Origin: Phoronis australis
Lineage: Eukaryota > Animalia > Phoronida
Direction: 5' to 3'
Assembly (NCBI GenBank): GCA_002633005.1
Contig: NMRA01000049.1
Coordinates: 304,337-368,336, forward strand
Length of the DNA: 64,000 bases
Shown here: piece by piece, positions 1 through 11,798 of the stretch
How the letters are laid out: every line of letters starts with the position of its first letter
How positions within the stretch are numbered: the stretch's first letter is position 1
Position numbers and translations under genes: made by a program
The notes under the pieces: generated by a model
Told to the model about the DNA's origin: nothing
The model's input: the letters and a program-made list of their open reading frames with translations, nothing else
Databases searched by the model: none

Positions 1-810
1 CCCCCCCCCCCCCTCATTGCGACATCCTAGATCCAGCGTGCGGGTTTACGAATCTGAAAGCATTTGCTGCGACTCCAATAACTAAGCTCACGTTCAGTCT
101 TTCTTCAAAACAAATTTTCTGGACACCAAAACGTGGGAAACCTTATGTTTGGAATATGTAGTAAACATTTACTAAAGAGCAACTTGATACCGCATTAAAA
201 TAGCTTTTGAAGAAGGCGACACTTATGTCAATTCACAACAAAGAAACGGTCGGGCGCGACAGCGAAAATAGCCGAGCAAATATATCCTTGTGTCTTTTGC
301 CGAAAATGGTTGTTTTTAGACAGCACCAGGCAAGCTCCAATAGCCATGCACGGTTAGCTGTTTCGAATTATGGGCAACAGTTCTGAGATTTCGATTCGCG
401 ATCCACACTTATGTCGTGGTTGGCCGTTGCTGACTCTCGGAAATGGTCGCTGGCGTAAAAGGGTGAGACCCAACGGGTGATCGCATACGGTAACTCCAAT
501 GGTAGGCCTGTTCATTACAAACCAACCAACCTCCTCTGAAACTGTGAATGTTCACATTGTTGTTTATCGCGTTCATGGCCCCCAGATGAATAACTAGGGC
601 TTCACTAGTAATCATTCGAGAGCATCGAAATCAAGGAACATTGATAATTTTACTTTACTGCTGTTAATATGAAAGGTTTCAGTTTATAAACTCCGTATTC
701 GACAGTTCTTGATAGCGTCACACTCACTACAATTTTGTTGAAAACATCATAAAACGCACCCCGCCACGCCTAATGATGCTAGCTCAACCCGACTTTTTTC
801 AAAGTAAGTG

Positions 811-1052
811 CACGCGCGCACCCAGCCTAAAATGGGGGCTCGAATTTTTGAGAATTTGGAACTTTTACTAAAAAAAAAACAAAAAACGGGTACATACAGA
901 GCTATGAATTGTGCATTCACCGAATTTTGGTAGTTCCTGTCTTTTTAGTGGACTTTTGTATTGTTTTCTACTTTTTCGGACTTTTTGCCCACTTCGCCAA
1001 ATGGGGGCGGGGTCGTTCGAGCCCCCCGAGTCCCCCCCTGGGTGCGCGCATG
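811..1052. mobile_element. MITE family A (CATGCGCGCACCCAG TIR, 5-bp TSD), copy 1
   Basis: TIRs cacgcgcgcacccag / ctgggtgcgcgcatg; flanks aagtg / aaatg. Confidence 0.8.
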
Positions 1053-4000
1053 AAATGTAAATAAATCTGAATTTTTATTAAATTCCTTAATTTCTGCTGG
1101 TGCGCAACAACATGGCTACCGGGGTTGAATAGCACTGAACTACACATTCAGGAACTTTGGAAATTTTTATAGAAAAGAATTAAACCGAGATCACGATGGT
1201 CCTATTTCCGTTACCAACCATTAAGTGCAGTGGAAACTATCAGCTAATCTAGAAAGTGCTGTAGAATATATTTTGGTTCCACTACCCTCAAGTTGCGAAT
1301 TCAAAAATGGTGCATGTGCTATGCATTGCCTGTGATTCGAGTTGGTTGAGGAAATGACACTGGTAAGAGTAAAAAGACTAATTCGATTTTCGTTTTTAGC
1401 ATGCTAAACATGACGAACTGCAAGTAACTTCAACATTGCTTTATTTGTCCAAACCGATTTGATGGGAGAACGAGCAGTTTTCTCTTTCTATCGTAAGGAG
1501 CTTTTTAATGTAGCTATTAAAATATTGCTGATAGTTAATCGTATTTCGTATGCCAGTCATTGCGTTGTGGTCAAAGAAGGAAAGCATCAGATAACAGTTT
1601 GTCGTCATTTACCAATTTGCCGCGAAGTCAACAAAATTCCTCCATGATCATTCTAACGACTGAGATATTCAACTCATTGAAACAGCTGTTGAATTATCTT
1701 AATTGAGTTAGTTAAGCCGTGATAACGTTTCCAGCCCTCCGCCACACATACTGTTAAAATGCACAGCTGTGTTGGTAACTATTTTTCTCAAATTTTCATT
1801 AAGTTATTTATTTCATATAACCTGCTACAACTTTGAGATCTTTGTGAGCCAAAGCCGACGATCGTCGCATTCCATTTTGTTCACTAGAAGGCAATCGTGC
1901 AGAGAGAGGATCTTATATTAAATGGGTTAACGAAGGTGGTTACTGGGCGTGAATAAGGCGTTGTACTAGACCTCCTCCATATAAAATGTTGGGCGATTCC
2001 CGATTGCGAATTAGGTCGTTTTTTTAGACAAAATTTTGCCAGTCAAGTCAAGTCTAACAAGCGAGGGCATTTCAAACAAACAGGTTGATTTTTTAAATAA
2101 ACAAGACAGTCTCGTCAAACTAGCATAAAATAAGTCTCGTCATTTAACGAACGAGACGCATTTTAAACAAATAAGTTCATTTTAAAATAAACTATACAAT
2201 CTCGTCGAACAAACACATCATTCGTGAAAAGAACAGGTTTTGTACCTTAAATAAATCATCTTGTCGGACGAAGATGTCATTTGTTGCAAAAGAACGTCTT
2301 AATGCGAACAATACGTACTCAAGCGGACAAGACAGTTTGCCCGAAAGAATAGAGGTCACCGATGGTATCTCAGTGGTGACGTCAGATGAACGCTCTGGAA
2401 GATTTTCATGTAGTCAGTTAAGTGTAAATCATTGGCAGTTTGAAAAATTTAGTGAAACTTTGACTACTGGCGTAATTTTTGGTATTCGTTTCAAAAAAAC
2501 TCGGAAGACGCATGATCCGACCCCTGGTACCTACGGCTGCCATTTTGGATTTGAATATTGCTGTGGGGGTCAGGTGTGGTTATATAAACAAAAGGTGGTT
2601 CGATATGCAATATGGCTGAGTACTGAGGCACAGTGAGGTAGGGCTAATACGATGTGACTTGATAGGTTTATTGGATAGCGCAAGTAGTGCGTAAGTGTGA
2701 CTGAGGGCGACGAAATTCTACACAACGCATGTAAATTTAGGCTGCAAGATATGACGACTAGATCAATTAAATTAAATAATGCATTCACTTTGGATATTGT
2801 ATTTCCAACAGCAGTCTTGGAGAGCGGAAGTACCAATAGCCACCCTCTCCGAGAAAGTGAACTAAAACCTCATAATCAGTGTAATCTTAATGGAATGGCT
2901 AGCTAATAAATAGCATACACAACTCTTTCGATTTGAATTTTGCCACCACCGTATAACGCGAGCTAAAACATGCAATGCTGGGAACATTTTGACAGTGCTG
3001 TGTTAGAATTTGTTACGTATGTGTTATCATGACAGAAAAATAATAGTCCAATTTTGCAATGTCCAAAATCTGTGTCACCTGTTACTTGTCGATCGTTTAT
3101 GAATATATGTTTTGTTTTAGCAGGAACTCGACTGAGACTAAAAACATACAACATTTCCTCTTACCTGCTTATGAGCTATCGTATTTCAAAATTGAGAAAC
3201 CACTCGTGTTTATTGTTCACAAAAACATTTTGAATAAAGTGAGTTCTTTTTATACACCTGTCTAGTTACGTGTGATCCGAATAGCAAATGACTACTCAAC
3301 ACTATTACTAGTGCCAGATATGTCTTCTTGAGTGTGTGTTGCTAAACCATTCACAGTTACTGTGGTCTGTCAAGGCAGAGAAGTAGTTTAACATTTGCAC
3401 GACAGTCTAAATTGGGCCTATCTATGTACACGTAAAATGAGTTTCTAGTAGGATTTAACAACTTCTCTTAGCAGAGGCCATATCGGGTACCCACATTTTG
3501 TCTTGTGTCCTGCCCCAGCTCGCATCTGGATGTTGTTTTGATACCGTTCCGCCAGGGATTGATTCCATCTGTGTCTGGCCGGGCCTTTTCTCATGTTTGT
3601 GAAGCCTCTACTGGTGGAACGCCACCTATTGGTCTTCCCATCGCAAACAGAATTTTGCGAGATGTGTTCACAAGGTAACAGTTACTTGTCCTGTCATACA
3701 TAAGGACATCGAACCGCAGCAGTACCTGGATATCATCCTCAAATATGACCTTGGATTGCTTGACATCATGTGAATAGTTTCTGTGACTTCAGAAAATGAA
3801 GTGCTTGCATTTTTTCTCAAGCCCCTGTCTTGTCAGTGCAGCCAGATATTGAATGGAAGAAAAGAAGCGACTTTCACATCATTGGTGCTAGGAGTGCTAC
3901 AATATCGAGGGCTGGATTTAACTTGTATTGTTTCTTAACACCGAAAGCACTGCAACCTAAGCTATTCAAGATCACAAAAGACAGGGACAGCTAATACCAC

Positions 4001-6061
4001 ATCATTATAGTCCTTTGTTCTGATAAAAAGTTTTCGGCAGCACTTTTTAAATAATGTTCTGCGTGCACGAAGGCGCTTGTATTGCTTTCGTGATGACATG
4101 CGGGAATCGCTTCATTCACACCGCCAAGTACCTCACTGGACGAAAAAAAACCCGTTGTCTTGATCAATGACTATAGACTAAGTCTAATTGTTATTTACGT
4201 CTATTTCGACCCCGATCGTCCGTCTTAAAGGTGCATTGTTTAGATTAACGTAGAAACACAGCTTCATCTTGGCTATGATCGATTTTCCACCTTTGACAAA
4301 ACAAGCCTTCAGCCTCGTTCCTCGCAGCCAGAAAGACTCTGTCAGTTTTGAGAAATTTAAAATACAGTTAATTTTCTGATTGTACTGTATGAACTTCCTT
4401 ATTTGGAAACTTACTGAGTTGATTAACCACACGTTGTTCACTTTTGTTGCGGCGTTTGGAACGGGTGGAATTCACAGTCTGTTGGATAGTCGCAACAAGG
4501 TCTGCGTCTGCGCATTTGATACAAAGTAACACCCGGGGCAAGTATCAACACCAGCGTAGTCGAAAAAATAGTGCTTGTAACCAGGGCTAACCATTATCTA
4601 GACACTCCGATTTTCGTGTAGCACTTCGAACACGACTTTTTTAAAATTCGTGTCGTAACCCATGCTGTACATTCCGAGTAATGTTACAACGCCAGTGAAT
4701 GCGAACAACCGGGTTGTTCATAGTCGTCAACTTCCGTACGACGTTATCCATTATATTACTACGCGTAAAAATTGATTGACTATACTTGAATTACTTCGCT
4801 AATTCCACTGGTCAACCGTCTAAGACGACTGAGTGGTCTATAAGTGGGAGTCGTCATCGAGAACCAATCAAGATATGTCTTAAAGTGCCACAGAACGTGG
4901 AAAACAGATTAAATAGCGTTATTCAAAATGTTTACCTGCCACGGAAACTGAAGTTACAGTTTGTTCGTAAAGATTTTAAATTTCTGTTGATGTCAAAGCA
5001 TTTTTCCTTTAGCTTAAAATTTCAAAAAAAAAACGATCTGTCAACTGATCGCCACTTCGTCGATTTTTCTCCCTCACGACAAAGCACATCTCCTCATTTG
5101 GTATGATGACAAGACATAGACGTAGCACATTTTCCCTATTGAAAATGTGACCTCTGACCTTTGATGTAAACGAAACAATGGCGATTTCAGGCAGCATCCA
5201 TTCTTGACTTCTTTGAGCGCATGCGCGCATTTGTATTATTAGAGACGAAGCACTTGAAAACTGTATTGGGATGAAAGAGTTTATTTTCGCCTGTGTTTCA
5301 AAAACAGTGCATCTGACGATTCTTTTAGAAATTCATGCAATATTCGAAGTGAATAACTCTGAGGTTAGCATCCCCAGGAAGTAGATTCGCGAGTTTTCGC
5401 CTTCCATGCCTCTTAACCTGTTGACCCTTAACCTGCGGAACTGGGACAATCGAGTGTATGTTCACGTTAACATCGACGAATCTTGTATCGAATGAATTTA
5501 GTTTAGACACAGCATAGTGCCGCAGCCTCTCGTTTTTTCGTCTCATTTCTTCATCAGGCCGAGATACAACATCCGTTCCGACCAAGAAACTAACTTTTCA
5601 TTTAGGCCATTCACCGCTAAGCCATTATTGCTGAGTATTGTTTTTGACGTCGCGCAATAAATAAACTTATAAGTCTTCCCAGACCAAAGCCAAGGGTCTA
5701 ACCTTTTTACTCGAAATCGAACCCGGGCGTGGCTCTGGTGGGTGAGCGGCCACAAACTTTTCAGTCGGGTTGTGAAATGATGTGATGTTGACAAGGATTT
5801 GGTGAATGGCGGCTGATAATTGATCAATGTTGCTATTTCATTTACATTTTAAAATGCAAGTACGTACTCACGTATTCCGTATTCGTAAGACATGCGGGCA
5901 ATTTTGCATGCACATGAAATGCAAACAAAGTATTTTAGTATCCGGGCGTTGTTTTCGGTATAGGTACACCACTCAGTGCATCTAATAACAGAAGCATAGT
6001 TTATTTTTCCATGTAGAAGTATAAAAATTACACCAGAGTCAGAAATTTTAAATATTTAAGC

Positions 6062-6135
6062 AGTAGCGAACCTTCGAAGTAGTGTACCTTTGGAATAGTG
6101 AACCTCGGGAGTAGGGAACCTTCGGAGTAGTGAGC
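6062..6135. repeat. Degenerate 16-bp tandem repeat (~4.5 copies)
   Basis: agtagcgaaccttcga / agtagtgtacctttgg / aatagtgaacctcggg / agtagggaaccttcgg. Confidence 0.75.
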
Positions 6136-7696
6136 TGCTCCCAATTCCCGTTCTTTGCATCCCGGCTCATTTCTGGTATTAGGAATTCCGTCTCATAACA
6201 AGAACATATAGAGATGAGGGTCATCGTTGTGTATTCAGATTTCCCTTCCCCCTAATTAAGCTGCGTAAAGGACCTTACCGATAACTCTGTAGCGTCGACG
6301 TTTGCAAAATATCAAAGGAACACCGTTCTTAGACAGTGATCACCGTTCTAGAAATTCGAACCACCCCCCCACGCAATGCTGGCTACAGTGTGTGTTTCTT
6401 TTACTCAAGGTCGTGGTTTCGACTCTGAGTCCTACTGGGGCACACTGCTAGACCCTTGAGTTAGGTCTCTAGATTCTCTGTATTGAAAGATGATAAAAAT
6501 GGTTCTACTAGCTGATCAGTACAGATTGGCCGACCTGAGTGGCCTACGCACGTCTGGTACAACGTGTACTCGGCTAGATTGTCTGCATTAAAAAATAATA
6601 ATAAATAAAATTACACAGTTATCCATGTAAACCATGATACAGAATAATAGACAGTTATTTTGAGCAGAGAAATACTTTTCGAGTTTAAATTCGAGTCAAA
6701 AGATTAGATCCCTGTCGTAGGCTTCTGGCGAGAGTGAGCGGATTTTGAGAAAATTGCCAGTTCGTTATTAATCGTCAGAAAATGATTGACCCTGTTGGGG
6801 ACAAAACGTCGCCATATAACAGTTATGGTCTTAAATGCCTCATAGTCAGATAGAAGGAATGTGGAATATTAAACTTTCATTCTGTTCCATGAATATTCTC
6901 TTGCCAGAACCTCTGACGAGGTTTTTGGATAAGGCGTTATATTGCTGTAAGCATGGACTATAATTCTTGTGTATAACCATGTGATTTTAGTAAGCCCATG
7001 CAAGAGGCGGGGGATTGTTATCTCATATCCACTAATACTGTCTTGTACACTGATGCATTCATGTTATTTTAATAAATAGATTAAATAATTAACCTGTGAA
7101 AGAAATTGGTCAGAAGCAGTAATCCCAGCAGTTCTGCGATGTAGTGCGAGTTGTCTTCAAATACGTTGGCAAATGTGCCGGATTGCCAAGCTAAGAAATG
7201 AGACTTAGCCTGCCTTTGTGTTTACGTACCCCCAGATCGTCACGACGCTAAGCGTGAGGGAGGAAAATAAATAACTACCGCCCGAGTCTCATGTTCAATG
7301 CGTGAGAGTCGGAGCGTCAAATTTCCCCTTTAGTTGGTGTTTCGTTCTGCGGAAGCGCGATCTTTAATCATAATGCCAACCATTTTCAAGTTTGAAAGTT
7401 ACGTGACTTACTACTACTGAAGTCCGCACATGCGCAGGTAATGTTCACCTGAGAGGGTAAATTAGCGAGGTGGCGGGAGGCAGACAATTATTATTGAGAA
7501 TGATGTCTCGCACGACTTTTGAGACCTGCTGGGCTGAAGCTAACTAAAGATTTTTCTTAACCTTGTCTTGACCAAACCCCTTTGCTGTTATGGTTGAAGT
7601 TCGCGTTTGCACAGATATAAAACACCCCCCCCCCCCCNCTACGGAAACTTTCGAGGTGTTCCAGAAATGGCAACGGTCATAAAATAACCCGCCTTG

Positions 7697-7947
7697 CATG
7701 CGCGCACCCAGCCTTCTAAGTAGAGGGGCTCGAATTTCTGTCGATGTGGACCTGTTGCCGACAAAATATCGACAGGACTAAAAAAAACAAAACTGTAAAC
7801 TGTGCGTCTGTGTCTTTTTAGTGGTCTTTTGCCTCGTTTTCTCGGACTTTTTGTTTCTCTGAGGCCAACCTTTTTGTCCACTTCGCCAAATTGGGGTGGG
7901 GGGCTCGTTCGAGCCCCCCGGGCCCCTCCCCCCTGGGTGCGCGCATG
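7697..7947. mobile_element. MITE family A, copy 2
   Basis: Perfect 15-bp TIRs; TSD ccttg / ccttg. Confidence 0.85.
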
Positions 7948-9473
7948 CCTTGACAAGTCGACTCGTAGAGGTTGTCTGTGAAGAAATAACGAACTGCGAC
8001 GTCTTTGCAAGCCCGAAGATCTCCCATGTTACCAAGGAATAGCGCGAGACAGTTTCATAACGGTAGTAGTTCATACCAGACGTTTGATGATAGACGGCGT
8101 TTTTTTAGCCCTTGAAGGCGATTATTTCGCTTGCAACATTCCAATCACATTTCACTTATAAACAATTACTTAATGATCAGTCTTTTTTCTCCTTGTTTAC
8201 TTCTTTTCAATCGCAGGACACTCTTTACTTGTAAAAAGTCAATAAATGTGTTAGAAATTATACCTTTCTCGAGGAATCCCCCGTGTATAATGCCTGGGAT
8301 TCATTTGCCTTATCTGTGATTACGCCCACATTTAGACGAGACTTGAATTTTACGGCCTGTTCAACGCTTTCGCAATTTCTTCTCACTGAATACTTTGATC
8401 TGTAGGAATACTAATAACACACCATATCTTATAGGTTACTGTACTAAGCTTGCATAAGTCTGTTGTTGTCTTTGAGATCTTCGGTTTCAGTTATTTGGTG
8501 CCCAAGAGACAGAATTAATTCTATGGAACAAATGCCTGAATATGTCAGGCGCGTGGCTCTCCATGTCTTTATCAGGAGTGGTGGAAAACTAAACTGTACT
8601 GGTTTTCCAATCACATTTTAACCAAAACGTTGTCAGTGGTGTCTCATCCTTGGCAACGAAAAGCAACTGTTGGTTGTCACCGTCCGAGGAATGATAGTAC
8701 AAATGTACTTCAGCGCAACCTGCGCCTATACCATTTCATCTACTTAGGAGCTGGAGACTGGAGTTGACTTCATTCGGTAGCTTCGCTGATTGTCAAGAAA
8801 TTATTTCATCCCTTGTGACACGGCCATTGACGGGCTCAATTGACTTTATGAAGTTGGCATGTAATGTTATAGGAGATTTTCTGGATAGATGGTTTCTTGT
8901 GTTATGAAGGACTTAGGGGGCACACTACAGTTATTACAGGCTTTTGGCTGCCGACACACCCTTTCCTTACTTGCTAATCAATGGGTTGTGTAGCATTCCC
9001 AACTCACAAGCACTACTAATGATAACTGAAACTTAATTCCGCTACAGATTTTTAAGCGGTTAATTCACATGGGAAAAATCTCGGCAAAAAATACCAAATT
9101 TGACAGTTTTCTCCCCAAAATTGCCACTTCCCTGCAAGTGCTAGGAAAAATCCAACTACAGATTCAGAATGCTCGCACTCTTTGGATTCTATAACTGTGG
9201 TCATAGTATGCCCCTTACCATCTACTTCGAGCTGTCTGACAGCCACCACCTGAAATCGTACCCGATTTCTCGGACAGCAGGCGACAGGGGTTGAAAGCAA
9301 ATGACAGCCACCATTTTGCATCAAAAGTAGGTCACGGCTAAAAAACTTGGCTTTTCTCATTCAAAAACACAGGCAAATCAGTTTCCTGGCATTTGTTTTT
9401 AACAAATTCCTCGAACAACCGGCCAAACCTGGCATACGCCCTGTACATAAGTACAAGTTCTAGGAAATGCCCC

Positions 9474-9900
9474 GTTCTCTTTTGAGTCTGTGAGGGGTAC
9501 TGGGGTGTTGGAGTTTTTCTGTTTCGTAATCATAGATTTAACATAATACATAAAAACATTTCTGATACTATAGGTAATCATTTCAATTCCAAAAACCATA
9601 ATATTCAAGATCTTTCTGTACAAATAATAGAAAAACTCCAACACCCCAGTACCCCTCACAGACTCAAAAGAGAACAATATTGGATAGACAAGCTCAATAC
9701 AATAGAACCTCACGTATTGAACATAAAAACTTCTTAAAATATGTCATTGAATTTTTTTACGCAAAAATGTATCATATTCATTACACCATATCTTATATGT
9801 CAATTGTCATATAGAGTTTGATTTCTGTTTCTGTTGACAAAGGAAGTTATTACATCCGAAAATTTCAGTTGACCCATTCTTGTTGTTTTATATACCTATT
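9474..9900 (+). mobile_element. Penelope-like retroelement 3' remnant (GIY-YIG endonuclease C-terminus) with inverted 5' segment
   Basis: 9522..9737 reads FRNHRFNIIH...IGNHFNSKNHNIQDLSVQIIEKL...RLKREQYWIDKLNTIEPHVLNIKTS*, matching the PLE endonuclease RE..WI..L.T..P.GLN end; 9474..9520 is an inverted copy of 9629..9675. Confidence 0.82.
9831..9868 (+). ncRNA. Putative minimal type I hammerhead ribozyme (U3-A8 variant) in the Penelope 3' UTR
   Basis: ctg-TTGACAA-a-gga-agttattaca-tcc-GAA-AATT-T-cag: stem I ctg/cag, stem II gga/tcc, palindromic stem III AATT. Confidence 0.6.
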
Positions 9901-10336
9901 TATATTTAAACCCCCAAAATGTGTTGACGATTTTCATTTAAAGTTTAATAACTTGGAAATTGAAAGAGTTAGTCCGTTCAATTTACTTGATGTTACTATC
10001 AACGACAACCTGTTATGGACTCTACTCAGCAAATTCTGTGGTGTTCTTAATAACATTAAACATTTCTTACCCTTTGAAACTTGGAAAATTTTATACAATG
10101 GTCTTGTCCTTCCTCATTTTAATTATGGCATTTTGCTATGCCCNNNNNNNCCCCCCCCTAAATCCGCCTATGTTATTATCACTAATGCCCTTCCCGTAAG
10201 TGTTTCTCAAAAACTTTCTACCCATTCGTTATCTTCTACTATAAATTATCTTAAGAATGTTTGTTTTAAAAGTGATGAACTTGAGTGCACTATTCCCAGC
10301 TGCTTTGTGTGTGGCTATCTTTGGTAAGATCTCCTG

Positions 10337-10486
10337 GACCCAGTTGCATAAAAGTTATACGCCGTATAGCAACAATGACGTCGCATTATCACGCATCACG
10401 TTGTTATTGTTGAACAATGCATCTGACGTCATGCAACAATCAAACTTATCCAGTGGATAACTTTTGAAGCTTTATGCAACTCAGCC
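10337..10486. mobile_element. PIF/Harbinger-like MITE inserted in the LINE
   Basis: TIRs gacccagttgcataaa / tttatgcaactcagcc; CTG on both flanks (CWG TSD). Confidence 0.7.
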
Positions 10487-10666
10487 CTGGTCTTTTTACA
10501 TGTAGTTTCAAATTACATTATCACCTAATTTTGTAATTCTGATTATTGGTAACAACGTATTTTTTCTCTCTGTTGGCTCCGTGGTTAGCGGACCCTTCGG
10601 GTCCTTCACTGAGTCTCCATAAGCTTTAACTCTAGATGTATTTTTTGTCTTAACGTGAATAAAGTG

Positions 10667-10721
<55 letters not shown>

Positions 10722-10722
10722 A
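10667..10722 (+). repeat. (GCT)n microsatellite with GTT interruptions
   Basis: Direct reading. Confidence 0.95.
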
Positions 10723-11267
10723 CTTTATGTTGTTCCAGCATTTTCTCATAAGATGTCGATTTGCAGCGTGGTCGCTGCAAAGCGGCATCTTGCTAGAAAA
10801 TGGATGTTACATCTTTTCAGGTCTGCAATTTAGCGCGCTTAATCTCACCTTAAAGGGATACCAAACCCGGTGTTAGCCTATTAATAAAAACTGAAAAGAC
10901 TTTCTCACACAGCTCTCTGAAACAAAAACAATGGTCTGTAACCCTCAACAATCCTCAAAACCTTGGAGAAGAATTTGAAAACTCCTTTCAAAAATCTACT
11001 AAGCGGGCAAGCGTGACTTACGCTTATAGCGAATTACACGGCAACTGTGGGAAAAAATAAGACCCACAAAAGACCATAATGACCAATATGTGACATAGGG
11101 AGTATGCGTTTTTGGTTGATTCCTGCCTTTAACTTGAAAGGTTGACACCGATGACCCATTCTCAAGCGACAGACAAGGATTGGCTGAAATCATCAAAACA
11201 GGGTTTAGTATCCTTTTAAGTATTTCTGATCTAAGTAATGAGTAACATGACGATGATTCTGTTGTAG

Positions 11268-11798
11268 GTCAGACTCTCGAGTTCTTTTCATTATGGCAGT
11301 CCTATCCTTTCCAACTTGGAGAAGTGTTGTGCATCTTCAAATGCTTTATACACGAAGCAACAGTCTCCGCCTCGGCGTTGACAATAACCGCCTTCACAAT
11401 AGAACGATTCGTGGCTATCTGTCATCCTCTGCGCTCCCAAACGATGTCAACCTTGTCACGCGCGGTAAAAATAATCGTTCTTCTCTGGTGCGTCGCTATT
11501 GCCTTCGCCATCCCTTACGGGGCGCACGCACGCATAGTGGAACTCGACCACCCGCACACAAACCAGTCCATTCCTGAGTCGGCTACCTGCAGCATTCCCA
11601 GGAAGTGGATAGCAAGGATGACCGTCATGTTTCAGCTTTCAGCTTTTCTTTTCTTCATCACACCAATGGTAGTCATTACGCTCCTGTATGCGCTAATTGG
11701 AATTACCCTCAGAAAATCTGACGTATCGAGGCAGGCTTCGCAGTTCAACCAGAGCTCTCAAAGAAGTTCCAACACGTCGGGTGTTGTTCGAATGTTAG
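11268..11798 (+). CDS. GPCR exon, end of TM2 to ICL3
   Basis: Acceptor gttgtag|GT; donor TTAG|gtaag; encodes TIERFVAICHPL, TM4, ECL2 Cys and TM5. Confidence 0.93.

Larger units (their letters stand above)
9905..10722 (+). mobile_element. CR1/L2-like LINE 3' fragment (internally deleted), with 3' UTR stem-loop, AATAAA and (GCT)n tail
   Basis: IERVSPFNLLDVTINDNLLW..SKFCGVL..IKHFLP..ILYNGLVLPHFNYGIL..THSL..C.I.SC.VC resembles the post-RT C-terminus; hairpin ggaccc-ttcg-ggtcc near 10590-10604; aataaa directly before the repeat tail. Confidence 0.72.

Noticed and set aside
409-615. Possible degenerate THAP fragment (HSF..W, SDHF in another frame)
   Set aside because: Key cysteines are missing and the similarity is too weak to support
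10508-10876. Poly-Cys / poly-Ala ORFs
   Set aside because: By-products of the (GCT)n tail of a retroelement
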